A stretch of DNA of 64,000 nt from NCBI GenBank assembly GCA_048887225.1, contig JBHLJY010000002.1, positions 1 through 64,000 of the forward strand, given 5' to 3'. This document shows positions 10,250 to 19,792 of this stretch, piece after piece. The first letter of the stretch is position 1. Each line of letters starts with the position of its first letter. This stretch comes from Candidatus Hodarchaeota archaeon (GTDB lineage: Archaea > Asgardarchaeota > Lokiarchaeia > Sigyniarchaeales > SOKP01). Under the pieces are notes generated by a model. The model did no database searches and was not told the origin of the DNA. It saw nothing but the letters and a program-made list of their open reading frames with translations. The translations under genes and the position numbers were made by a program.

Positions 10250-11254
10250 ATGGCAGCATCAGGAGAATTAGCGGCAGATATAAGAGAGAAGGTTATGCAT
10301 ATTTTAAAAATAGAAGAAGAAAAAACAGATTTGGACAATTTAACCGTTTTATCAACAGTAGGATTAAAAGTTGCCTCCTCAACTTCATCAGAGTTAGATG
10401 CTGATACGACTTCTGCTTCAAGTACAGCTTTAATCGACCTCGGACTTCGACTCAGCAAAGCAACTCAGCATGGTTCGTTGATGGAAATCCTTTTACATAA
10501 TGCTGCAGGATATAGTATTTTAATGGCTATTAATGAGAGCTATATTGTATTTAGTGGTTTAAGCGTCCCCTATCGTATTGGATATTATCTTGGTTATCTA
10601 CGAGAATTGACAAAAAAATTAAATATTATTATTTCTGGAGAGGAAATTTCTGAAATGGCACTTTCTATACAAGAAGAAGAGCTACAAAAAACACTACAAC
10701 GACAAGAAGAAGAAGAAGCTTTAGCAAGTGTGGCAACGCTCCCATCGATTGATAATGACAAGGCGGCTATGGACGATTTATTAGGTTATTTAGATGAATG
10801 GGATCAAGAAGAAAAAGAAGCAATGGGTATTGAGGATATTGAAGAGTTAGAAACAAATAACATTATATCCATTCCCAAATCAATGACTGTGGGGATTCCA
10901 AAAGAGAGTGAAACTATATCGATTCCTGAAGAAACTCTTCAAGAAATTAAACAAGCAGATCAAAGTCAATTTAAATTATACGAGGATGAGGTACCTCCTA
11001 TTCCACTTGACGATTATACACCAATGGATGTTGAAGAAAAAGCCACTCAAGAAGCAGAATATCACGAAATAGCTGTTCAACAACCTACCATTGAAGCTAA
11101 AACTGATGAATTGCCCTCTCTTGATTCTTTACCTCCTCCCGATTTTGACTCACAATTAGTCTCTTCGGAATACGATACTAAATTTGTGTTAGAAGAAGAA
11201 TCTGAAGCATTAGACTCTGTTTTAAAAGAATTAGGATGGGAAGAGGAGGATTAA
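10250..11254 (+). CDS. Roadblock/LC7-domain protein with long acidic low-complexity tail
   Basis: LTVLSTVGLKVASS..DTTSASSTAL..GSLMEILL roadblock pattern; E/D/P-rich tail of about 200 aa. Confidence 0.75.
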   Translation: MAASGELAADIREKVMHILKIEEEKTDLDNLTVLSTVGLKVASSTSSELDADTTSASSTALIDLGLRLSKATQHGSLMEILLHNAAGYSILMAINESYIVFSGLSVPYRIGYYLGYLRELTKKLNIIISGEEISEMALSIQEEELQKTLQRQEEEEALASVATLPSIDNDKAAMDDLLGYLDEWDQEEKEAMGIEDIEELETNNIISIPKSMTVGIPKESETISIPEETLQEIKQADQSQFKLYEDEVPPIPLDDYTPMDVEEKATQEAEYHEIAVQQPTIEAKTDELPSLDSLPPPDFDSQLVSSEYDTKFVLEEESEALDSVLKELGWEEED

Positions 11255-11356
11255 ATTACTATTTTATTCTTTAAATTAAAAAGTAAAATTTAATTCAGCA
11301 GTATTAAATAAAATTAAATAAAAAGAAGCTCGAAAAATTTACAACATTTCTAGGAT

Positions 11357-11656
11357 CTAGTATCGACGATCCTTTACTAAAACTTTAACATTTAAAGCTT
11401 CAGGTCCCTTTCCTTTTTCTATATCTTCTTTTACTTCAAACTCAACACGGTCTCCCATATCTAACTTTTTAAAACCGTCCATGTCAATATTAGAAAAATG
11501 GACAAAAATATCTTTTTGTCCTTCGTCACCATTCACACTAATAAAACCATAGCCTTTTCGATAATCGAACCAGAGTGAAATGAGTCAGAAAACGACCTAT
11601 TTTTTCACGTGTCCGGTTAATCGGCTACTAGCTGGCTTTCTTTTTTCATTTGCCAT
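11357..11656 (-). CDS. csp: Cold-shock protein (CspA family), two exons 11603-11656 and 11357-11572; 89 aa if spliced
   Basis: Manual translation [18 protein letters not shown]|[71 protein letters not shown] with RNP1 KGYGFI and RNP2 IFVHF; missed by ORF track because of stops in the insert. Confidence 0.9.
11573..11602 (-). other. Putative 30-nt bulge-helix-bulge mRNA intron
   Basis: Insert AAATAGGTCGTTTTCTGACTCATTTCACTC with in-frame TAG and TGA; central helix GUGA/UCAC flanked by 3-nt bulges AA^A and UC^U; canonical cuts restore the frame. Confidence 0.8.
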
Positions 11657-11833
11657 AATATAACACTTAATCAAGTTTAGATCTGTGATTAGAATAGAAT
11701 TTTATTTTAGTATCTTAATTCTATATTTTTAATTATGTATTAAAAAAATAAATTATTTTAAAATCTTTTTAATAACCATTTCTTCTCTATAATAAAATAA
11801 AAAATATGATCTTTTACTATATTTAGTGAAGTT

Positions 11834-13198
11834 ATGAACTCAATTTTTGACAGAGTTTTAGAGATTTTTCAAAAATATTATATTTGTCCACATTGTCTTG
11901 GAAGAATTTTTGCTTTGTTAGGGACAAGTACTACAAACTTAGAGAGAGGAAACTCGTTATTACTTTCATTTACTATGGAAAATCATAGAAAATATTTTTC
12001 AGGAGATAAAAATTATGAAAAGACTACAATTAATAATCTGAGAATTTTGGCTGAGAACGCAAAATTTATACCAGCTCAAAAGGTTTTAGAGAATGAAGGA
12101 TTTGATTATTCCAAAGCGAGATTGGACAAAAAGTGCTATTTATGTAACAATATTTTTTTAAATTTACAAATCTATGTAGAAAAAGCAAAAGAAATTGTTA
12201 AATCTATTGAATTTAATAGTTTTTTAATTGGCACGAGTCCAAATTCCGAGATAATTAATCGGGAAGATATTTTCAAATCAGAATTAAATATCTTAAATTC
12301 AGAATCGTTTAAGAGCCATTTCAATCGCGTTGTTGGAAAAAAAATATCTGAGGAATTAAAAAAAACAGTTGAATTTAATAATCCTGATATCATTTTATTA
12401 TATTCAATAGGTTTTGAAAATTTTAATATAGAATTAATATTTAAATCTATTTTTATTGCTGGAAGATACAATAAACTAATTAGAGGCATCCCCCAAACTC
12501 GTTGGATATGTAAGAATTGCCAAGGAAAAGGATGCGATATTTGCAATTTTTCTGGTAAAAAATACGAAACAAGCGTAGAAGAATTAATTAATCCTGAATT
12601 CATTAAGGAGACTCATGCATCAGATTCAAAATTTCATGGAGCTGGACGTGAAGATATTGACGTAAGAATGTTAGGTACTGGAAGACCATTTATTCTAGAA
12701 TTAAAAAACCCACAGAGAAGGATTTTAGATTTAGACAAAATTGAAAAAAAAATTAATCAAATTAATGCTGGAAAAATAAGAATTTGTGATCTAAGATATA
12801 GTAACAAAAAAGAAGTTATTAGCATTAAATTCAGAGCAGAAAGCTCAAAAAAAACATATAAAGTATTAGTAGAAGCTGAAAAAGGTTTAAATTTGGATAA
12901 ATTTAAGGACCTAATAAACGAATTAAAAAATAAATTTGAGAATCAAAAAATTTCTCAAAGAACACCAAGTAGAGTGTCTCATCGACGTGCTGATATAATA
13001 AGAAAGAAAATGATTTATAACATAGAAGCTCAACATATTAAACCTAACTTATTTGAATTTATAATTGAGACTCAGGGTGGGACTTACATCAAAGAATTAA
13101 TCAATGGTGATAAAGGTCGGACAACTCCATCCTTCGCTGAAATATTTAAAATTCCCCTCATTTGTAAAGAATTGGATGTTATAAGCGCAGAAAACTAA
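11834..13198 (+). CDS. pus10: tRNA pseudouridine(54/55) synthase Pus10
   Basis: GRYNKLIRGIPQTRW, HGAGREDIDVRMLGTGRPF, GGTYIKELINGD. Confidence 0.95.
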   Translation: MNSIFDRVLEIFQKYYICPHCLGRIFALLGTSTTNLERGNSLLLSFTMENHRKYFSGDKNYEKTTINNLRILAENAKFIPAQKVLENEGFDYSKARLDKKCYLCNNIFLNLQIYVEKAKEIVKSIEFNSFLIGTSPNSEIINREDIFKSELNILNSESFKSHFNRVVGKKISEELKKTVEFNNPDIILLYSIGFENFNIELIFKSIFIAGRYNKLIRGIPQTRWICKNCQGKGCDICNFSGKKYETSVEELINPEFIKETHASDSKFHGAGREDIDVRMLGTGRPFILELKNPQRRILDLDKIEKKINQINAGKIRICDLRYSNKKEVISIKFRAESSKKTYKVLVEAEKGLNLDKFKDLINELKNKFENQKISQRTPSRVSHRRADIIRKKMIYNIEAQHIKPNLFEFIIETQGGTYIKELINGDKGRTTPSFAEIFKIPLICKELDVISAEN

Positions 13199-13315
13199 AA
13201 AGAACGATTAAAAACAAATTAATAGATTAAATCATAAAATAAATAAATTATAATTCATAAAATTACTAAATTACACGAGCAATTATTAGATTAATTTGCC
13301 TTAAGGTTGAAGAAT

Positions 13316-13624
13316 TTGACTATACATAAAGGCTATCGGAATAAATGCAGAAGAAGACATCGAAAAAAAGTACGTTCACGTGGCTTAGGTTCGATAGAAA
13401 AATATTTGATAGATTATGAAATTAACGATAAAGTTGATATCATAACCGATCCTTCTCAACACAAACGTGGAATGCCTCATCGAAGATATCATGGTCGAAC
13501 GGGGGTAATAGTCGGAAAAAGAGGCCAATGCTACAAAGTCTTAATAAAGTTAGGGAAATCAAAAAAGTTCCTAATAATTGGTAAAGAACACTTGAGGTTA
13601 AATCCTATTTCAATAAAAGATTAA
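13316..13624 (+). CDS. rpl21e: 50S ribosomal protein L21e (TTG start at 13316, or at 13307)
   Basis: GMPHRRYHGRTG; conserved pus10-L21e-rpoF-DUF655-ksgA order. Confidence 0.95.
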   Translation: MTIHKGYRNKCRRRHRKKVRSRGLGSIEKYLIDYEINDKVDIITDPSQHKRGMPHRRYHGRTGVIVGKRGQCYKVLIKLGKSKKFLIIGKEHLRLNPISIKD

Positions 13625-13660
13625 TTTAATTAATACTAATAATATTGAACGATTTAAATA

Positions 13661-14026
13661 ATGTCTGGACGTAAAATAGCAGAAAAGACAGTGTCAATAC
13701 CTGAAGTAAAGGTAATTATGGAGTCTGTTAAAGAGAGAATAATGGAAATTGATCCCGAAGAAAGTATGTCCCATTTTCAAGAAATTACTTATAATTATGC
13801 GAACCACTATGCTAAAATGTCTGAGAAGGATGCTAAAAAAATTAAAAAGTTCTTAATGGAAAAATACGATCTTGAAGAAACATTTGCAATTAATATAGTG
13901 AATATTGATCCTCAGACCGTTCCAGAATTAAGAATTATCTTAGAGAAGTCTTTTGTTGGAAAATCTTTAAATAACAATGAACTTCAAGATTTATTATATC
14001 AAATAAATGAATTAAAAACATCTTAA
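13661..14026 (+). CDS. rpoF: RNA polymerase subunit F (Rpo4)
   Basis: VSIPEVK, AINIVNIDPQTVPELRIIL; operon position. Confidence 0.9.
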   Translation: MSGRKIAEKTVSIPEVKVIMESVKERIMEIDPEESMSHFQEITYNYANHYAKMSEKDAKKIKKFLMEKYDLEETFAINIVNIDPQTVPELRIILEKSFVGKSLNNNELQDLLYQINELKTS

Positions 14027-14206
14027 TAAAATACAATTTATTATAATACTATTAGGAGAAGTTTGTAACATTCATAGAACGATGAATTTATAAGTTTTAA
14101 TTGTTTTTAATTTTAATGAACAATCCTAAACTATTCTAAGTTTTCATTTAGAAGCAAAACATTATTATGGATATTGGAAAAGTAAAAAATGATATAATTG
14201 GTGTTT

Positions 14207-14857
14207 ATGGAAAGAAGAGACCGATACAGAAGACCTCAGAATCGCAGAGGTCCACCATACCGGAATCGAAGGCCCAGAAAGAGGAAACAATTCATAAAAA
14301 AGGCCCGCGAGCTTATTGTCTTAGATGTACTGCCGCATGGACATCCCGAAGAAGATAGACCAAGTTGGACAAAAATACCAATCGCACAGGTTCTTACTTT
14401 TCCTGATTTCGTTCTTTATGAAGTTAAAATTGAAAAAAATACCGATCTTAAACCGGAAGAGAAAGGTATTTACGAGGATTTTTTACAAAAAACTAAACTA
14501 AAGGAAGTATTGAAAAAAATAGATTATGATGAGTTAACAAGTACTTCAAAAGCACTGATTCAACCAGTTCTCGAAAAGGAAATTTTAAATTATGAAGACG
14601 AATTCATAAGTTTCTTTAATAATTCTACCGCAATAACGCCTAGGATGCACGCTTTAAAATTACTGCCAGGTGTAGGAAAAAAGCATATGTGGGAAATTAT
14701 TGAATCAAGAGAAAAACAGAATTTTGTAAAATTTCAAGATATAGCGGATAGAACAAGTATATCAAATCCTATGAAATTAATCGCACTAAGGATAATTAAA
14801 GAGTTAACTAGAGATGTCAAATATTATTTATTTTCGAAGACTCAAAAATATGAATAA
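14207..14857 (+). CDS. DUF655 family putative nucleic-acid-binding protein with Arg-rich N-terminus
   Basis: VLDVLPHG, FFNNSTAITPRMHALKLLPGVGKK (HhH); operon position. Confidence 0.9.
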   Translation: MERRDRYRRPQNRRGPPYRNRRPRKRKQFIKKARELIVLDVLPHGHPEEDRPSWTKIPIAQVLTFPDFVLYEVKIEKNTDLKPEEKGIYEDFLQKTKLKEVLKKIDYDELTSTSKALIQPVLEKEILNYEDEFISFFNNSTAITPRMHALKLLPGVGKKHMWEIIESREKQNFVKFQDIADRTSISNPMKLIALRIIKELTRDVKYYLFSKTQKYE

Positions 14858-14904
14858 ATATCATTGAATTTATATAATTCTTTTTATAACTTGGTAAATT
14901 TAAT

Positions 14905-15732
14905 ATGAATAAAAGTGATGTACAGCTCATTTTAAAACAATTAAAAATTAGACCTAAAAAGAGATTAGGTCAAAATTTTTTAATTGATAAAAATATCGGA
15001 GATAAAATAATAGTAGAATCTGAACTTTCGGGTGACGATGTTGTATTAGAGATCGGTCCTGGATTAGGAGTTTTAACAGAATTATTGATAAAAAATGTTA
15101 AAAAGGTCTATGCAATTGAAATCGAATCTAAATTTTGCTCTTATCTTTTTGAGAAATTCTCTGAATGCGATAATATTGAAATCATTAACGCCGATATTTT
15201 AAAAGTGGAGTTGCCGTTTTGTAATAAAGTTGTGTCTAATATTCCATATTCAATAACAGGACCACTCTTAGAAAAGGTTTTTTTTAAGCATAATCCTCCA
15301 CAAGGAATTTTGACCGTTGAAAAAAATATTGCTGAACGAATTTTTTTTAAAGAAGATTATAAACATTTTTCTAGAATAACTATTTCCTTAAACGCTTTTA
15401 TGGAACCAGTCAAAAAATTTAGTATTTCACGAAATTGTTTTTATCCTACTCCAAACATTGATTTAGCACTCATTAAAATAAAACCAAAAAAGGATTTAAA
15501 TCCATTTTTGTTAGATAATCATAATAAAAATTTTTTTTTGAAATTTATTGCTGGGATTATGCCTTATAAAAATAAAAATATTGCTAATGCCTTGAACTTA
15601 TATTTAAAAAAAGATAAACAAGAAATACTAAAAATTTTATTGAAGAATAATTTTGAAAATAAGAAAATCTTTAATTTAAAACTTGAAGATTTAATTAGAT
15701 TAAGTAAAATATTTCTTAATTCAAAAAAATAA
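14905..15732 (+). CDS. rsmA: 16S rRNA adenine dimethyltransferase KsgA/Dim1
   Basis: KKRLGQNFLID, VLEIGPGLGVLT, VSNIPY. Confidence 0.95.
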   Translation: MNKSDVQLILKQLKIRPKKRLGQNFLIDKNIGDKIIVESELSGDDVVLEIGPGLGVLTELLIKNVKKVYAIEIESKFCSYLFEKFSECDNIEIINADILKVELPFCNKVVSNIPYSITGPLLEKVFFKHNPPQGILTVEKNIAERIFFKEDYKHFSRITISLNAFMEPVKKFSISRNCFYPTPNIDLALIKIKPKKDLNPFLLDNHNKNFFLKFIAGIMPYKNKNIANALNLYLKKDKQEILKILLKNNFENKKIFNLKLEDLIRLSKIFLNSKK

Positions 15733-15802
15733 AAAAAACTAGTGATTTAAATAGACAATCTACCAGATCCAATCATTAATTATGATTAAATATAGATGTA
15801 AT

Positions 15803-17074
15803 TTAAAAAGGTCTCCTATTTCTTCGTTTTTCTAATAACAAGATACCATTTTTATTTAAAATTCTTGTCAAACTGTTAAATAATAGTTTTACTTCTTGAG
15901 CTTTAAAAGCTGCTCTTTTATGGGCCTCAATTTGAGGTATAGGCACCCCATAACGTTCGTTCATTCCTGAAATAGGTAAGATTATCGAAGAAATTAAATC
16001 TGCCTTTTCAGATGCCTTCTTAAAATTGGTATTTTCATCCGTAAAAAATTCTATTCTACAAGGTGTATCATATTTAGCCGTTTTTATATAAAATGCATAG
16101 AAAGAAAGGGGAAAATAATAAGGAATTTCCTTTTTAATCCCAGTATCTCTAATTTTATCAATTTCACGTTTACAAATGAAAATACAACTTCTTTCAGATT
16201 TACATAATAGCTTATTAAATAGGTCTAAATCGGAAACAAAATCAATAACCTTTCGATAATTTATTTTTGTAAAATCATTTAAAATATCATTATTAGGCGT
16301 TAAAAATTGAATAGCATCCCTTAATATATGCGATAAAGCCGCCGTTCGCGTATCTTTGATAGATCCTACTAATATAATTCCTTTATCTTTACAATTTGAA
16401 TATAATTTATGATATTCTTTCAATAAATTATCGTATTTTTTAGAAATTTCAAGGTCCTGTGAAAATAGTAAATTAATTGGTGTTGGAACGACTGATCCAT
16501 CTATAATGATAAAATCAATATCTGTCGATCTTTCAATTAACTTATTTAATAGATTTATCTCCATGAAGGTCATATCCATTGAAATCTTATTTTGAACAAG
16601 ATTTTCATCCCGATTAATGTAATTACCTTGGATGAAATAATTATTAAATCCGTTTAAGTCGGGATAATATTCAATTTTTGCGCTTTTACCGTCTTTATAA
16701 AAGTAGTACTTAACAGCGATAGCTTTTAAAAACGAAAAATCTACATTCATAAAAGTTTTAGTAATAGCGCTCCCATCAACGCTGACTACCTTCAATCCGC
16801 TGATACATGAGGCACAAACTTGTTTTTTTATATGCTTTTCCTTAATAAAAAATTTAGGATATTTCGTAAAATCTGAAAATTCTAAGTTATTAAGATTTTT
16901 AAGAATTATTTTGCAAAATTTTTCTTTTATTTTTTCAAGTTCTATATATTCTTGAGCAATAAATTTTAAATTTTTCAATAAAATCTGCTCTTTTGTAAAA
17001 CCGATATTATTTATACTAAGCGAAAAATCATCAAATTCTTTATTGCCAATTTTTAAGGAATTACTTTCGATCAT
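15803..17074 (-). CDS. nurA: NurA-family 5'-3' nuclease
   Basis: VSVDGS, IIIDGS, GSIKD, YGVPIPQIEAH; ATG at 17074 preferred over upstream GTG. Confidence 0.85.
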   Translation of the reverse strand: MIESNSLKIGNKEFDDFSLSINNIGFTKEQILLKNLKFIAQEYIELEKIKEKFCKIILKNLNNLEFSDFTKYPKFFIKEKHIKKQVCASCISGLKVVSVDGSAITKTFMNVDFSFLKAIAVKYYFYKDGKSAKIEYYPDLNGFNNYFIQGNYINRDENLVQNKISMDMTFMEINLLNKLIERSTDIDFIIIDGSVVPTPINLLFSQDLEISKKYDNLLKEYHKLYSNCKDKGIILVGSIKDTRTAALSHILRDAIQFLTPNNDILNDFTKINYRKVIDFVSDLDLFNKLLCKSERSCIFICKREIDKIRDTGIKKEIPYYFPLSFYAFYIKTAKYDTPCRIEFFTDENTNFKKASEKADLISSIILPISGMNERYGVPIPQIEAHKRAAFKAQEVKLLFNSLTRILNKNGILLLEKRRNRRPF

Positions 17075-17260
17075 CTTTAAGACGATTATAAAAAAAGACA
17101 CATTAATAATTATAGCGGGATATAAAGTTTTTTGATTTTTAGAATATTAAAGATATTTTGATTTATATTTGATCTTAATTTATTAGTTTTAAAGACAAGA
17201 ATTAAATAATTATAAAAATATATCTATTAATAATTGCTAAATAAATTTCTAAGGGATATT

Positions 17261-17800
17261 ATGACTGACTACGATTATACTTTTAAAGTCATGATGCTTG
17301 GAGATGCTAGCGTCGGTAAGACATCACTTACCCTTAGATATATTTCTGGATTTTTTCTAGAAGATCTTAAACTTACCATAGGCGTTGATTTTTACTCTAA
17401 ATCGCTCTTTTTTCAAGGTAAAAGAGTGAAATTACAAATATGGGATTTCGGAGGAGAGGAAAGATTTAGATTCCTCCTTTCGCAGTATTGCAAAGGAGCT
17501 AATGGTGCCTTTTTTCTCTACGATATTACAAACTCTATTACATTAGACCATTTACCTGATTGGACGCAAATAATTAGAGAATACGCTGGAAACATTCCAA
17601 TAATGTTAATTGGTTCCAAACTGGATTTAGAAAGATTTCGCTCAGTTCAAAGAAATAATGGCATACATGCTGCGAAAAAATACAATCTTGCATCATTTGT
17701 TGAATTATCTTCTAAAACTGGACAAAATGTTGAAAAGGCGTTCGAAGTGTTTACAGAGATCCTTCTTGAAAAAGCTACATCTCAAGATATTCAAGTATAA
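17261..17800 (+). CDS. Rab-like small GTPase
   Basis: G1 GDASVGKTS, TIGVDF, KLQIWDFGGEERF, GSKLD, SSK. Confidence 0.92.
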   Translation: MTDYDYTFKVMMLGDASVGKTSLTLRYISGFFLEDLKLTIGVDFYSKSLFFQGKRVKLQIWDFGGEERFRFLLSQYCKGANGAFFLYDITNSITLDHLPDWTQIIREYAGNIPIMLIGSKLDLERFRSVQRNNGIHAAKKYNLASFVELSSKTGQNVEKAFEVFTEILLEKATSQDIQV

Positions 17801-17806
17801 GAAATA

Positions 17807-19765
17807 CTATTTCTCCTTTCTATGCCAAATTTGCATTTTACTCGGACCACGATTACACCATGAGTAATAAGGAATTGCTCTAAATTTTTTATTATCTGAT
17901 AAGTTACCTTCAATCACATTAATTCCACCTAATAGGTCTGATTTGTAACTAACCCTTAAATTAGAATTTTTTGAGATTTCAACTCTGAATATATTAAATT
18001 CTGTATTATCTATTTGTTCAATACAATAAATCAAAGGACCAAACGATATTGCTTCTCTTCCACGATTTTCATTAATTCTACGATCGCTTAACTCAAGTTT
18101 TGGCTCCATTTTGAGATTTAATTCAATAACATCATTATTGCTCCAATTACGTATAATTTCTACATATTTTCCAGGAGATAACCTATCCTGATATTTAGTA
18201 TTATTAATGAAAAGTACTGCGTCACCGCACCAGTTAGGTACCCTTAAAAAAATAGAAAAATTTTGATTTCCTTTTAGTTCTAGAGTAATTTTTACTTTTC
18301 CATCCCAAGGAAAATTGCTGTCTAAATTTAAATTGATTTTTTTATCCTCATCTAAAACAATTTTCATTTTACTACCTATATATTGATGAATCCATATCCC
18401 GTTTTCAGAAACGCTATAAATATATTTTCCTAGAGAGGAAATAGTTCTGGCAACATTAGGCGGACAACAAGCACACTTAAACCATTCATGCCTATTATCA
18501 TCACCACTCGAGATTAGTGGATTATCGTAAGTAAATTTTTTTCCATCAATAGATATTCCAACGAGCATTGCGTTATAGAGCAATTTCTCAATCAAATCAG
18601 CGTATTTACATTTTCCTGTAATATTTAACATTCTCAAATTCCACATCATATTTCCAATCGCAGCACAAGTTTCTGAATAAGATTTTTCGCTTTTTAAGAC
18701 AAAATCTCGGTCAAAACCTTCCACACCTCTGATTGAACCTATTCCTCCCGTAATATACATCCTTGCTTTGACCATCTTTAGCCAAATTAACTCTAAAGCT
18801 TTTAATAAATAATTATCACCAATTTCAGAATAAAGATCAGCCATCCCACAATAGAGATATGTTGCCCTTACTGCGTGTCCTACAGGCTCAAATGTATCCC
18901 GAACTGGGATATTTAATTGATTATATTTTCCGTTAATAATTTGCTTTATTAATCCAATCTTTTCTCTTATTGTAAGGTCTGAATAAAATTCTTCTACTTC
19001 ACTTTTTTCATTAATATTCTTTTTTTCGTATCTTTCATTGTTTTTTTTTGCTAATTTGAGTGTTTTTGCCATATCAATAATTTGATTTAAAATATAAGTT
19101 TTTAAATTCTTAATTTTCCCTCTTCTATCAATTAAATCTTTCGCAAGATTTAGATAATTAATTTTATCAGTTAATCTATATAATTCAATCAATGCTATTT
19201 CAATTTCTTCATGTCCTGGCGCTCCTTTTCTTGTACCACTTAAAAAAATAGTAACTAACAAATTTGCATACTTAATTGCAACATTTAACAATTTATCTTT
19301 TCCAGTTGCTTTATTATGAGCTATAGCTGCTTGAATGAGATGCCCAGCACAGTAAAGTTCGTGAAAAAATTGTAAATTTATAAATCTTTTATTAACGAAT
19401 TTAGTAGAAAAGAATGTATTTACATAACCATCTTTTGTTTGAGATTCAGCAATCAAATCAATTATTTCATTTGCTTTATTTTCTAGTTCAGCATCAGGAT
19501 GTAAATGTAAAATATAGCATGCTGCTTCAAGCCACTTGTATAGATCTGAATCAAAATAGAATTCACCTCTTTGAGTTCCTTTTTTAATCCCTGCAGCTAT
19601 TCTAAAATTATTAATATGATGATCCTCTTCAAGTTTTTGGTGTTGAAGATGAATAGAAACTTCTCGATTAACTTTTTGCTTTTTGGTCCAAAATTTATCG
19701 TTTATTTCAACTTGGTGAAAAGGTAATGGAGCTAATTTATTAAACTGGCGTTTTTTAATATTCAT
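17807..19765 (-). CDS. Glycoside hydrolase family 127 (beta-L-arabinofuranosidase-like)
   Basis: DSDLYKWLEA, HELYCAGHL, GHEEIE, GHAVRA, YSETCAA, CACCPPN. Confidence 0.95.
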   Translation of the reverse strand: MNIKKRQFNKLAPLPFHQVEINDKFWTKKQKVNREVSIHLQHQKLEEDHHINNFRIAAGIKKGTQRGEFYFDSDLYKWLEAACYILHLHPDAELENKANEIIDLIAESQTKDGYVNTFFSTKFVNKRFINLQFFHELYCAGHLIQAAIAHNKATGKDKLLNVAIKYANLLVTIFLSGTRKGAPGHEEIEIALIELYRLTDKINYLNLAKDLIDRRGKIKNLKTYILNQIIDMAKTLKLAKKNNERYEKKNINEKSEVEEFYSDLTIREKIGLIKQIINGKYNQLNIPVRDTFEPVGHAVRATYLYCGMADLYSEIGDNYLLKALELIWLKMVKARMYITGGIGSIRGVEGFDRDFVLKSEKSYSETCAAIGNMMWNLRMLNITGKCKYADLIEKLLYNAMLVGISIDGKKFTYDNPLISSGDDNRHEWFKCACCPPNVARTISSLGKYIYSVSENGIWIHQYIGSKMKIVLDEDKKINLNLDSNFPWDGKVKITLELKGNQNFSIFLRVPNWCGDAVLFINNTKYQDRLSPGKYVEIIRNWSNNDVIELNLKMEPKLELSDRRINENRGREAISFGPLIYCIEQIDNTEFNIFRVEISKNSNLRVSYKSDLLGGINVIEGNLSDNKKFRAIPYYSWCNRGPSKMQIWHRKEK

Positions 19766-19792
19766 TATATTCGAATCTAGAATTTGGATCTT

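Noticed and set aside
11573-11602. Csp insert read as Sec/Pyl readthrough or simple pseudogenisation
   Set aside because: Readthrough would need two different stops and would put 10 residues inside the conserved VKWF strand. The rest of the gene is intact and the insert ends coincide with BHB cut sites, so an intron is the better explanation (still unproven).
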